Part shown: one piece after another, positions 54,950 through 64,000 of the stretch
How the letters are laid out: every line of letters starts with the position of its first letter
Position numbering within the stretch: position 1 is the stretch's first letter
Source: a virus
Virus record (IMG/VR): IMGVR_UViG_3300028197_000003
Location: 96,001-160,000 of that record
Length of the DNA stretch: 64,000 bases
Direction: 5' to 3' (one strand)
Made by a program: the position numbers and the translations under genes
The notes under the pieces: generated by a model
The model's input: only the letters and a program-made list of their open reading frames with translations
Told to the model about the DNA's origin: nothing
Database searches by the model: none

Positions 54950-55498
54950 ATGTACAAAAATATTATCATTATAGAACAAAATATTGATGTAACTCCGTTT
55001 TTGGAAGAATTGAACCCAGATCATTGGGATTGGGTCTCACAACAAACTAGAAATAACTTAGGAGGAGATAAAAATCCATATGGGTTCTTACCTTTAGTTT
55101 GGGCAAAGGTCCAAAAAGGTGAAGATCCTCATGATGCGATGGGACAAGAAAAAACCGCACTCTACGACTTATATCCTAAAGTGCAAGAATTTTGGAAAAG
55201 GCACAATATCACTAAAACAGGCAGAGCAGCATTTTTCCGATTACAACCAGGAAAACGTGTTTTAGAGCATATTGATCGTGGGGAGTATTATAAGAAAAAA
55301 GACCGATATCACCTATCTCTACAGGGTACTTATTTGTACCGTGTTGGTGATGAATCTATGATTGTGCAACCAGGTACGTTTTTCTGGTTTCACAATAAAT
55401 TACCCCACGAAGCATTGAACGTGGGGAATGTTGATAGGTATTCATTGGTTTGGGATGTTCCTCATAGTCCCAACAACCCACATTTAGCGAAGTGCTAA
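54950..55498 (+). CDS. aspartyl/asparaginyl beta-hydroxylase-like dioxygenase
   Basis: LEHID.G.YY...RYH, WFHNKLPHEA.N. Confidence 0.8.
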   Translation: MYKNIIIIEQNIDVTPFLEELNPDHWDWVSQQTRNNLGGDKNPYGFLPLVWAKVQKGEDPHDAMGQEKTALYDLYPKVQEFWKRHNITKTGRAAFFRLQPGKRVLEHIDRGEYYKKKDRYHLSLQGTYLYRVGDESMIVQPGTFFWFHNKLPHEALNVGNVDRYSLVWDVPHSPNNPHLAKC

Positions 55499-56140
55499 AA
55501 GTCGAAGATTATCTCCTTTCTTCATTTTACGGTTGATATATTGACTAGAATCTTCATAGGTGAGGATATCTCTCATATCTTCCATGATAGTATCAATATA
55601 CATGGATTTGAGAGCGAAGATATTCCGTTTTGCATCATTCTTCTGAGTTTCATACTCTAAGTAACTTACCGAGGTTGTTCCTGTGTCGGTATAGTTTATT
55701 CCTTTATATGAATATGTAAATGTAGAATTACCATCAACTACAAGACCACTTTGCTGCAGCAGTTTATCTTCAGGATCACGTCGCTCAACAGTTTCATAAT
55801 GATGAACTTCTGCAAGTTGCTCAGGACTGTAGTTATTATCAATATAGCGTTGGAAATCCATTCCATTCATAGGCCATTCATCACGAATGTTCAAAATGTT
55901 GTTGGATAGTAAAATAATCCAATCTAACTCCGGATTTCCATATAAGATGTTCGCAACATTATCTGGGCGATCATCTCCACGAATTGAAAATCTATCAAAA
56001 GTAGCAGCTACTTGAAAAAAGTCATCTCTAATTTTACCTCTTTTGAAGATATTGGTGCTTTCAACGTAATCAGAACTAGAAGACCGATTATCAGAAAAAG
56101 AAAGTAAAGATACTTTAGGAAAATTATCGAAGTAAGCCAT
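55484..56140 (-). CDS. gp53: baseplate wedge subunit
   Basis: MAYF..FP, RPDNVA..LYG..ELDWIILLSN, EWP, HHYET. Confidence 0.88.
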   Translation of the reverse strand: MAYFDNFPKVSLLSFSDNRSSSSDYVESTNIFKRGKIRDDFFQVAATFDRFSIRGDDRPDNVANILYGNPELDWIILLSNNILNIRDEWPMNGMDFQRYIDNNYSPEQLAEVHHYETVERRDPEDKLLQQSGLVVDGNSTFTYSYKGINYTDTGTTSVSYLEYETQKNDAKRNIFALKSMYIDTIMEDMRDILTYEDSSQYINRKMKKGDNLRLLALR

Positions 56141-57621
56141 TAGAATCCGATGTCGTACTTGTTGATTTTGTTTTCGCCGCTAAGAGGACCTGTGTTGTCC
56201 ACTAAGTCTTCAATTGATGCTTCAGACGATTCATTATAATCGTCACTGAATAGTGGAGTAAGTTCAGTAAAACTAAGCATCATAACCGTTCTAACTGGTT
56301 GAGATACTGCTTTTTCATCTTGATATGATTGATATACTCCTTGATCTGTGTAGTTGAATCCAACATTAGTCAGAGCACAGATTTTGTGGATTGGGAGAGA
56401 TCTGATGCGGTTTTCTCCGTTGAAATATGAAATGCGAAATATATCTGGAGAACCGATAAAGATTCCGTTAGAGACTCTCGAAGGTAGCATACCTTTCTTG
56501 AAAAATCTAGATATTTGATTTACATTTATGGCATCTTCTTTGCTATTTGGAGCAAAGTCATACTTGAAAACAAAATTCCTCAATTTAGGACCTGAGAACA
56601 ACAACTCCATATTTGGATTCAAGACTTGACCATTTTTTCTGGCAATAAATTGTGCAGGATCAACGTTGATTCCTACCTTTGACAGAAGTATTTTGGCAAG
56701 TTGACCAGAAATTGCTTGGTTGGCACCACTGTTGGCGTCGCCTACTTGACCAGCAAGACCTTTCCCCGCACCCAGAATATCTTGTAGAGTTCCCCCCAAA
56801 AAACCAAACATATTATCATTACCCCCAAGAGTTTCAGAAAGTCTTTGTTGTGCTGCAATAAAACTACCTGCCTCAACCATATTGGCACTTCCCTGTCCCC
56901 AGTTCACTCCTTGACTAGACTGAAGGTCATTTGGAATTGGTAGAAAAACAGAACCCAGATATTCAGTGGCATTTCTACCTCTTGTTAGACCTTGAGTAAA
57001 AATTGTGCCTAAGTCCTGTGCTTGCTTGGCATTTGGAGCTCCATATTTGAATTTCTCAAGTTTCATAAAATCTTGAGAACCTTTCTTAGCATAAAGTGCA
57101 TCAGATGGATATCGTATGACCTTAGGTAATGTATTATTCTTTTCTTCCGGAAGTGATTCTGCAGGTGCTGCTGGATCTACAAAAGGAACAACTTCGAGTT
57201 CAGTCGCAAGCAGTCCACCGACATTACCTTCTAATAAAGCACTAGCGAGAACAGGTGGAACTATTGTAGATGCACTATACTCATCCTGTCCTGCATTATC
57301 GATCAAACGTTCTAAAGCCTTCCCGTCAAAAAGCTTAGATGCACCTGATAAGTTAGCAGCCGTTTCGAGTAGATCTAATTGATTATTCGCCAGTGCATCC
57401 TTGAATATTAGGTCCGATGCACGAACGATTCCACGTAAGAATTCAGGAGTTTGAAACTTTTCTTTTACGGTAGGTGAACTCAAATCTTGCTGTTTACCAG
57501 ATTCACTGTAACCTAATACTCTTGCCAATGTTTTATTTGCCCGAGTGCTAACAAATAAGTTACCATTGTCCCCAACTTTTTGGTTGCGAATACATTTACC
57601 GCCAATACATTCGTTGCTCAT
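56140..57621 (-). CDS. gp48: baseplate tail-tube cap
   Basis: NPNMELLF.GP.LRNF.F...F.P, C.LT, F.EL. Confidence 0.8.
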   Translation of the reverse strand: MSNECIGGKCIRNQKVGDNGNLFVSTRANKTLARVLGYSESGKQQDLSSPTVKEKFQTPEFLRGIVRASDLIFKDALANNQLDLLETAANLSGASKLFDGKALERLIDNAGQDEYSASTIVPPVLASALLEGNVGGLLATELEVVPFVDPAAPAESLPEEKNNTLPKVIRYPSDALYAKKGSQDFMKLEKFKYGAPNAKQAQDLGTIFTQGLTRGRNATEYLGSVFLPIPNDLQSSQGVNWGQGSANMVEAGSFIAAQQRLSETLGGNDNMFGFLGGTLQDILGAGKGLAGQVGDANSGANQAISGQLAKILLSKVGINVDPAQFIARKNGQVLNPNMELLFSGPKLRNFVFKYDFAPNSKEDAINVNQISRFFKKGMLPSRVSNGIFIGSPDIFRISYFNGENRIRSLPIHKICALTNVGFNYTDQGVYQSYQDEKAVSQPVRTVMMLSFTELTPLFSDDYNESSEASIEDLVDNTGPLSGENKINKYDIGF

Positions 57622-58043
57622 TTTTTGAGGGTGCCTTTACGATAAACAGTCTTAGGATCGATATCAATTTCAATGGAACCAAAGTCCCTAACAAATTGCT
57701 CAGAATCAAGGTTTACTGCCTTTTCCCACTCTTCTGTTGCAATTGTGAGAAAAGGACTGCCGACATAAGATTTTAGGTATTTATGAAACCCTCGCAATTT
57801 TGCTAAATCATTGCCAGAATCAATGTATCTCATTATTCCTAATCTATTCTCTGGTCTGTGATAATGTAGATTTACTCCCCAGAATATGGTTTGTCTTTCT
57901 ATTGCAATTATGTAGCACAGGGGATTACGATCATAGAATGGCATTTGCTCTGCTGTTTTCGCTGTATACTGAAACAGTGTAATTTTGCCTGGAATTGGTT
58001 TCCCTTCTAAAGTAGATTTTGGAAACTCATCTCTATATTCCAA
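57618..58043 (-). CDS. gp2: DNA end protector-like protein
   Basis: YTAK...PFYDRNPL, GVNLHY, HKYL. Confidence 0.75.
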   Translation of the reverse strand: MEYRDEFPKSTLEGKPIPGKITLFQYTAKTAEQMPFYDRNPLCYIIAIERQTIFWGVNLHYHRPENRLGIMRYIDSGNDLAKLRGFHKYLKSYVGSPFLTIATEEWEKAVNLDSEQFVRDFGSIEIDIDPKTVYRKGTLKK

Positions 58044-58464
58044 GTTCTTTCTCCGTCATGACTTGAAATTCCCATTTGCGGTCAGCACAGAAGTCTGTTG
58101 CTGCTTTCCATTTTGCCTGGTTTTTGGCATATTCAAGGGTTTCATAGAGATGTTTTTTTGTCTTCCGTTTTGTTGTTGGAGGAAGGCACTGCTTAGCAGG
58201 TTTGATCTCGATAATTTTTTCAAGAATGTTACCGTTCACATTCCGGTATCTGATGTAAAAGTCAGGAAAGTATCTACGAACACGTTTGGTTGTAGGATCA
58301 TAGTAAGGGATATGGAATTCTTCAGATGCCCAATTTATAATATTTTGATTTTTGTCGCAATAGACCATAAATTTACGTTCCCATAAAGAACGATAGATTA
58401 TGTTTCTAGAATCCCCTTTGTATTTCTTCGGATTCGACGGTCTATACCGACCTTGATAGGACAT
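58033..58464 (-). CDS. gp4: head completion nuclease
   Basis: YQGRY.P.NPKKYKGD, YRSLWE, YFPDF, IEIKP. Confidence 0.92.
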   Translation of the reverse strand: MSYQGRYRPSNPKKYKGDSRNIIYRSLWERKFMVYCDKNQNIINWASEEFHIPYYDPTTKRVRRYFPDFYIRYRNVNGNILEKIIEIKPAKQCLPPTTKRKTKKHLYETLEYAKNQAKWKAATDFCADRKWEFQVMTEKELGI

Positions 58465-58487
58465 ACATAGTATAACGGACCACTCTA

Positions 58488-58494
58488 TATTTAG
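58488..58494 (-). promoter_or_regulatory. late promoter-like CTAAATA for the gp4-gp2-gp48-gp53 operon
   Basis: TATTTAG on the + strand in the divergent intergenic gap. Confidence 0.55.
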
Positions 58495-58498
58495 AGGA

Positions 58499-59314
58499 AT
58501 GGCAAAAAAAGCATTAGTAATATCAGATAATGAAAGGAGAATCCTAAAAACTGAAGACCTCTACTTAGGCAGATCTAGAGCAGGAGGAATTGTTCCTGCG
58601 TTCAATAACATATATGATGTAACTATAGATTTTGGATCACCTGATGGTGAGTTATTGAAGCATATCAAAGATTCAGCTTTATACGAGACTAGTTTACCTC
58701 CTGGAAAGTATCTTTCATTATTTTGCTCAGAGGCACTTCTTCCTGGGAGTCAAATTCAAACTTCTAAAGTTGATGGACTCCGTCAAGGATTGTCACAATC
58801 ATATGCCCTGTATCGTAGATATCCTGATATCAACTTGACTTGGTATTCTCAAAGAGATTACTTTACTAATGATGTGTTCAATGCGTGGATGGAGTTTATT
58901 AGTCCTCCAGATTTTGGTACAGATAAAAAGTCGGATTTAGATACTAAATTGAAACAATATAATCCTAGTAGAAGGATGAGGTATCCTGATAGTTACAAAT
59001 GTGATCTTACAATCACCTCATTCAATCGGGAAAGGAAAAACCCCAGTTACATTACATATCATATTAGAAAAGCATTCCCCACTAATATAATTGCTGCACC
59101 TTTGGCATATGGGAAAGCGGAACTAATCAAAACTACAATATCCTTTGTATACGAAACTTATTATATTGATCGCCAGGGCAGTGATTCTGGTACCACTAAA
59201 AAAACAGATGGTGTTGAACCAGTAGCACCTCCAGAAAATGGTAACGCTGCCGCTCAGGGTGACCCACCAAGCTCAGGATCACAGATTCCGGGCAGCGTCA
59301 TCAACATCGCCTGA
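58499..59314 (+). CDS. tail-tube-fold baseplate protein (gp54/gp19-like)
   Basis: LFCSEALLPG, WME, YPDSY, FP, F.YE; position between gp4 and gp26. Confidence 0.65.
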   Translation: MAKKALVISDNERRILKTEDLYLGRSRAGGIVPAFNNIYDVTIDFGSPDGELLKHIKDSALYETSLPPGKYLSLFCSEALLPGSQIQTSKVDGLRQGLSQSYALYRRYPDINLTWYSQRDYFTNDVFNAWMEFISPPDFGTDKKSDLDTKLKQYNPSRRMRYPDSYKCDLTITSFNRERKNPSYITYHIRKAFPTNIIAAPLAYGKAELIKTTISFVYETYYIDRQGSDSGTTKKTDGVEPVAPPENGNAAAQGDPPSSGSQIPGSVINIA

Positions 59315-59320
59315 CCCCCT

Positions 59321-59327
59321 CTAAATA
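59321..59327 (+). promoter_or_regulatory. late promoter-like CTAAATA upstream of gp26
   Basis: CTAAATA in the intergenic gap. Confidence 0.55.
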
Positions 59328-59347
59328 TAATTACTGATTGACTTATT

Positions 59348-60073
59348 ATGCCACTTCCTAAGGTTGTAACACCTGTTTTTGAGGTAAACCTGCTATCTAC
59401 TGGGAAACCCGTTAGATATCGCCCATTCCTGGTCAAAGAAGAAAAAGCACTTCTAATTGCTCTTGAGAGTGGCAGCGATAAGAACATTATTTCTACAGTA
59501 AAAGATGTTCTAAAAGCATGTGTTGTCTCACGAGTCAAAATTGATACTCTTCCCTCATTTGATCTTGAATATCTATTTTTGAATATTCGAGGTAAATCTG
59601 TTGGTGAGACTGTAGAACTGTTAGTTACTTGTGCTGATGATGAGGAAGTAAAAGTTCCTTTGACTATTGAAATGTCAGAGATCGGACTTGATGTTCCTGA
59701 TGACCACACTGATACGATTCAACTTGATGGGGGCATCTCTATCAAAATGAAGTATCCATCTATGGATGAGTTTTTGAAAAACAACTTTAGTGTTGTTGAA
59801 GAAACTAATAAAGATCTCATAGAGGAGGCATTCAAAGCAGTCGCAAAGTGCGTTGACACCATCTATACGGAAGAGGAAGCATGGTCTTCTAGTGACTGTA
59901 CTCAAACAGAACTTGTCAAATTTATTGAGCAACTAAGTTCATCTCAGTTCCAACAAATTGAGAAGTTTTTCAACACCATGCCTAAATTGAAATATGAAGG
60001 TAAGGTAACTAATCCAAATACTGAAGTAGAAACTGATGTAATTGTTGAGGGTATGGCAAATTTTTTCGGGTAA
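59348..60073 (+). CDS. gp26: baseplate hub subunit
   Basis: MPLP, YRPFLVKEEK.LL, FDLEYLFL.IRGKSVGE, MKYP. Confidence 0.9.
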   Translation: MPLPKVVTPVFEVNLLSTGKPVRYRPFLVKEEKALLIALESGSDKNIISTVKDVLKACVVSRVKIDTLPSFDLEYLFLNIRGKSVGETVELLVTCADDEEVKVPLTIEMSEIGLDVPDDHTDTIQLDGGISIKMKYPSMDEFLKNNFSVVEETNKDLIEEAFKAVAKCVDTIYTEEEAWSSSDCTQTELVKFIEQLSSSQFQQIEKFFNTMPKLKYEGKVTNPNTEVETDVIVEGMANFFG

Positions 60074-60261
60074 TGCTGTATCACACGACTATTGATGTGT
60101 GCATGGAGATAAATTTTTCCCTCATGCAGCATCATAATTGGTCATTGAGTGATATAGAGAGTCTAATACCGTGGGAAAAAGAAGTATACATAAAGTATCT
60201 CACAAATTATCTTGAGAAACAAAAACTAGAGGCAGCACAGGAAGCAAATGCCGGATTCTAA
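60073..60261 (+). CDS. gp51: baseplate hub assembly catalyst
   Basis: LMQHH.WSL.DIE.LIPWE..VY. Confidence 0.85.
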   Translation: MLYHTTIDVCMEINFSLMQHHNWSLSDIESLIPWEKEVYIKYLTNYLEKQKLEAAQEANAGF

Positions 60262-61873
60262 CGTACAGTCTGTTACTCCCATGATTGCCCCATTGAGGGA
60301 CAAGGTGGAGCAACAAGCTGCAGCCTTAGAAGAAAATTCTGATAAAACAAATGTAAACATTCGGCGTTTGGGACGTATTGTCCTTGACATGGAAAGAATG
60401 GATGCTAGCATGAAGGTCATGCGTGCAGATATTCGGAAAGATATTGTAGCGAGACGGCGATATTACAATGAAGAGCGGAAACTCCTAAAGAAAGATATCA
60501 AGCAGACAGAGCAGCTTGGTACTATGTTCTTGGGGTTTAGAAGTGTTCTTGCTGCAGTATCTGGTGCAAGTGCCTTGCGAGAATTCTCTCAAGGTGATAT
60601 AGTGGGAGGATTGCAGGATAGTTCAATTGCGATTACCGCGATGCTTCCTGAAATTACAACCGCAGTATTGGGAGCAGTAGGTTTGGCATTAGGATTGAAA
60701 GGAGGCAGGCGCGGACCCCAAGGGGGACCTAAATCTGCTGTTCCTCGTGGAAAGATGGCAGGTCCTACACCAACTGCTCCTCGTGGAAAGATGGCAGGTC
60801 GTCTGGGTCTTCTGTCTTTGATACCACTAGCGTTGCTTGGTGGATCGATGTTGATGGGACGTGGAGATGGTGCAGATGAAAAAAGATCTGAAATAACTCA
60901 ACAGCAAGTTTTTGCCAGTAAAACGATTACTTCTCAAGATGTAGATTTTTTTAGTGCCACAGTTTCTAAATTTAGTCGGATAGTTTCTTCACTTTTAGGT
61001 AAAGAAATACAAGATCCTACTATCAATATAAAGAAAGATGATGATGGAAATATCATAAATCCAACCACACAGGATTCTAATAATACCAAAACTAAAACAC
61101 CACAAACTGGTCTACTTACTCGTGTAAACAGGACTGCTGATAGTGATGCTAAGAAAGAGGCACTTATTCAGTTAGTAAAGCAAGCTGAGGGAACTGCTGA
61201 TGCTGATGGTTCAGGATATAACAAATTTGTTGGAGGAGATACCAGCGTCAATATTACTGAGATGACTGGTACGGAAGTTATGATAGAGCAAAAGCGTCGT
61301 CTCGCTTCAGGCGAAGCTTACAGTTTTACTGATTCTACGGGAAGACGGCAGAGAAGTGCCGCTGTAGGGGCAGGTCAATTCCTGAAACCTGAACAGATAA
61401 TGCTCTCCATGAAATTGGATCCTGATAAGACCAAAATGACTGCTGAAGTTCAAGATCAGATGATTTTGCATTTAGCACGAAAAACCCGTAAGGTAAATGA
61501 ACAGGATGGGATTGATGGTCCTGAGATGGAACGTCTAGGTATGGAGTGGGCAGGGTTGACTTCATATCATGGGCAGAGAAATATTAGTGGTGCTCAGTCA
61601 ATTCAAAATTATAACAATATTTTGAATGATATTATGAAAGAAAGGGGTGAAGAAAAGAAAGAGGAAAAGAACCTTGACCCTTTGGGGGATCAATCATTTT
61701 TACCGAATATAGATCCTCCTGCTTCTAATGAACCACGAGTTGCCGCTCTGGCACCTGAACCACCATCTCCTGCATCAATTACAGTGGATCCTAATTCTAG
61801 GGGTACCACTGGGAGTGAGATTGCATCTTCAGCATTGTTGATTCAATATAACGTACCAGTATTGTTAGGATGA
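60248..61873 (+). CDS. tail/baseplate-associated protein with a lysozyme-like domain
   Basis: Coiled coil and G-rich region, then AEGT...GY...SAAVGAGQF...QD...EWAGL (lambda-lysozyme-like pattern). Confidence 0.65.
   Translation: MPDSNVQSVTPMIAPLRDKVEQQAAALEENSDKTNVNIRRLGRIVLDMERMDASMKVMRADIRKDIVARRRYYNEERKLLKKDIKQTEQLGTMFLGFRSVLAAVSGASALREFSQGDIVGGLQDSSIAITAMLPEITTAVLGAVGLALGLKGGRRGPQGGPKSAVPRGKMAGPTPTAPRGKMAGRLGLLSLIPLALLGGSMLMGRGDGADEKRSEITQQQVFASKTITSQDVDFFSATVSKFSRIVSSLLGKEIQDPTINIKKDDDGNIINPTTQDSNNTKTKTPQTGLLTRVNRTADSDAKKEALIQLVKQAEGTADADGSGYNKFVGGDTSVNITEMTGTEVMIEQKRRLASGEAYSFTDSTGRRQRSAAVGAGQFLKPEQIMLSMKLDPDKTKMTAEVQDQMILHLARKTRKVNEQDGIDGPEMERLGMEWAGLTSYHGQRNISGAQSIQNYNNILNDIMKERGEEKKEEKNLDPLGDQSFLPNIDPPASNEPRVAALAPEPPSPASITVDPNSRGTTGSEIASSALLIQYNVPVLLG
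60743..60800 (+). repeat. 22-bp direct repeat (period 36) inside a CDS
   Basis: cctcgtggaaagatggcaggtc at 60743 and 60779. Confidence 0.8.
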
Positions 61874-63672
61874 AGAATATAAAACCATTATCTAATATCC
61901 TCAAGCAGAGAAATACGGAAGCTTTTAGACTTTATGAAAGAAGTCTAAAACTGAAAAAAGAACTTGTCAAAAAGCGTGGCGAAGCGTTTGATAGGTTGAA
62001 GAGTGAACTTGCTATTTCTAAAGAAAAGGAAGGAGGAGGAGGACTCAATGGTTTATTAGGTTTAGGTGGTGCTGCCGCTACAGGCGGTCTTATAAGAAGT
62101 CTTAGAAATAGGTTTCTAAAACCAAAAGGTCCTAATGGTGGAGGACCTAAAGGTGGAGGACCTAAAGGTGGAGGACCTAGAGGTGGAGGACCTAGAGGTG
62201 GAGGAGTTACACCTGCTAATAAAATTGTTCCGAGTAAAGGTCTTAGGGGAGGTGCAGGTAAACCATCTGTGAGTGGTGGACTGAAGGGTGGTTTGCGAAT
62301 GGGCAAATTCAATGCCGCTGCAACAGTTGCACTGACAGGTGTCGATTATGGGTTACGACTCAATGATGGTCAGACACAAGTTCAGGCAACTTCTGGTGCA
62401 CTTAGCACAACAGCAGGTGGTTTGGTAGGTATGGCTGCTGGTGCCAAAGGTGGTGCTGTATTGGGTGCTGGTATTGGTGCCTTCTTTGGTGGAGTAGGTG
62501 CGGTTCCTGGTGCTGCTATTGGTGGTGTTTTGGGTGGTTTGCTAGGAAGTTTTGGTGGTGCAACTTTAGGTGCTGGCATTTCCGATAAAGTAACTGGCGT
62601 AGGTGCAGATGAGCGACGAAAGGAAGAAGAGAAAAAACAAAGACTTAGTCAAGTAAAGAGTAATTTTGGTGGTGCTATTGAGGAATTTGATAGTGCTTTA
62701 GATCGTTTTGCATTACTTGCAAGGAAAAAAATATATTTTATTGATGATGAATATATTATTGATCTGAATGATGATAATGATATCCGTGATAGTGCTAGCA
62801 GTAAAAATCAGGGACCCACGCCAGATCTAAACGGTGGTGGCAACGTATTTGAAGCAGAGATTGAAGGAAAGACTGAAAAACACTCTGGAGGAAACCGAGA
62901 GTTTAGGTATTCTCGTAGTTATACTCCTACTGGTATAGATTATGATAAAATTCCAAGCACACCTAGCAATAAGGTTGTGCCAACTGAGCAGTTACCTATT
63001 CTAGTCAGACCCCACATAGAGGAGTTTGACATTGAAAATACTAAGGAACAAAGAATTGATACTCCTTATGGAACACTAATTCGTAAACCTGCAACAGTAT
63101 TTGCTCCAGCAGGATTTATGTTTGTAAATAAGGATCGTCAAGAAGATAGAAGATTTAGGGCAGAACAGAGCATCAGATCTGCAGCCTCTACAACGACAGC
63201 TTTGGCTACTGCGGGGTTGACTGCTGCTGCAGCAGGTAAGAAGCGTAAAGGTTCTTCTAAACCTGTAGTTAGACCTGCTAAAGTTCAACCTAAAGTTCCA
63301 CCTAAAGTTCAACCTACTAATAATGTAGTCCCATCAAATCTAGGACCTAAGCCTGTCAAGAAGCCATCATCACCGGACATGCTTAGACCAAAAGTTGAAA
63401 CCTCAGTTCAACCTGCAATTCCAAATTCTAAAGATCTTTCATTTGCATCTTTGGCACCTCTTTATACTTCTGGTCAAGGATCCAATTTTTCTTCAATGGT
63501 TCTTCCTTTGCTTGGTGCTGGAATGTTCTTAGGTGGAGCGGGTAAAGCTAAAGAGAAGAGCATGCCATTTTTACCTCCTAGCTCTCCTTCTAAGAACATT
63601 AGTATGCCAAAAACTATCTTACCCTACTCTAAATACCTTGAGTATGAATCTTATATGAAGGTCTGGAAATGA
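61870..63672 (+). CDS. tape-measure-like or baseplate-associated protein, Gly-rich
   Basis: GG.IGG-type repeats, Pro/Lys-rich linker, location in the tail module. Confidence 0.6.
   Translation: MKNIKPLSNILKQRNTEAFRLYERSLKLKKELVKKRGEAFDRLKSELAISKEKEGGGGLNGLLGLGGAAATGGLIRSLRNRFLKPKGPNGGGPKGGGPKGGGPRGGGPRGGGVTPANKIVPSKGLRGGAGKPSVSGGLKGGLRMGKFNAAATVALTGVDYGLRLNDGQTQVQATSGALSTTAGGLVGMAAGAKGGAVLGAGIGAFFGGVGAVPGAAIGGVLGGLLGSFGGATLGAGISDKVTGVGADERRKEEEKKQRLSQVKSNFGGAIEEFDSALDRFALLARKKIYFIDDEYIIDLNDDNDIRDSASSKNQGPTPDLNGGGNVFEAEIEGKTEKHSGGNREFRYSRSYTPTGIDYDKIPSTPSNKVVPTEQLPILVRPHIEEFDIENTKEQRIDTPYGTLIRKPATVFAPAGFMFVNKDRQEDRRFRAEQSIRSAASTTTALATAGLTAAAAGKKRKGSSKPVVRPAKVQPKVPPKVQPTNNVVPSNLGPKPVKKPSSPDMLRPKVETSVQPAIPNSKDLSFASLAPLYTSGQGSNFSSMVLPLLGAGMFLGGAGKAKEKSMPFLPPSSPSKNISMPKTILPYSKYLEYESYMKVWK
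62137..62205 (+). repeat. 15-bp tandem repeat, about 4.6 copies (GGGPK/R)
   Basis: ggtggaggacctaaa x2, ggtggaggacctaga x2, ggtggagga. Confidence 0.9.
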
Positions 63673-64000
63673 AGAAGTGGTTGAATGCCTATGAAGCTAA
63701 GTCACTAAACATATTTCCAGAAGGTAAAGAACCATTTTCCTTGATTGGTCAGTTTCAAGGTCTTAGATATGAAGAAGGAGTTGGTAAAACCTTGAGGGTC
63801 ACTATTATGATTGCGGACACTTTTGGGTTGTCCCAAGCATTGCCGATCAGACCTGGAAATAAAATTGAGTTGCTGTTTACTCATCCTAGTGCTAAAGAAC
63901 CATTTGAGTTCTCTGCTAAAAAGAAGAATGAGTTGTTGATTGTAAATATTGCTGGTGAGAGTGGAAACTCAAAACGACACACTTATGTTTTGGAGTGCGT
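63669..64000 (+). CDS. tail/baseplate hub protein (5' part only)
   Basis: ATG overlapping the previous stop; MKKWLNAYEAKSLNIF... stays open to the window end. Confidence 0.6.
   Translation, partial: MKKWLNAYEAKSLNIFPEGKEPFSLIGQFQGLRYEEGVGKTLRVTIMIADTFGLSQALPIRPGNKIELLFTHPSAKEPFEFSAKKKNELLIVNIAGESGNSKRHTYVLEC

Noticed and set aside
62137-62205. Collagen-like repeat
   Set aside because: The period is 5 aa (GGGPK), not Gly-X-Y.
1-64000. tRNA/tmRNA genes, integrase, transposase, reverse transcriptase, manA or wcaG RNA motifs
   Set aside because: No cloverleaf or T-loop signatures or relevant protein motifs were found, and the intergenic gaps are short and accounted for. Not confirmed with tRNAscan or Infernal.

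Overview
64 kb segment of a large T4-like cyanophage (cyanomyovirus). The host is probably Synechococcus, since both psbA and psbD are present and D1 carries Glu130. Gene order: primase and nrdAB; an accessory block with a kinase-like ORF, a tandem SGNH pair, small membrane proteins, an unannotated ndhP and three minus-strand secreted proteins; talC; an ~18.7 kb nucleotide-sugar and glycosyltransferase island ending in a DUF616 array; psbA-ORF-psbD; tandem amidinotransferase-like genes; petE, petF and nrdC; a glutamine-riboswitch locus; thyX; a split carbamoyltransferase; radical SAM genes; phoH; the gp33/gp59/gp32 module; and the start of the baseplate/tail module (gp53, gp48, gp2, gp4, gp26, gp51). 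No tRNA, CRISPR array, integrase, intron or intein was seen. The strongest unexplained signals are: (1) tandem glutamine-II-like aptamers, the second of which carries a complete 55-codon ORF inside its stem-loop, upstream of a DUF4278-like gene; (2) apparent total absence of the tetramer TTAA from this AT-rich sequence; (3) duplicated amidinotransferase-fold genes with Asn at the catalytic Asp position, plus a two-transferase/one-activator carbamoyltransferase set; (4) a dispersed A-tract motif at accessory-gene junctions. All family calls come from motif recognition by eye, not database searches.
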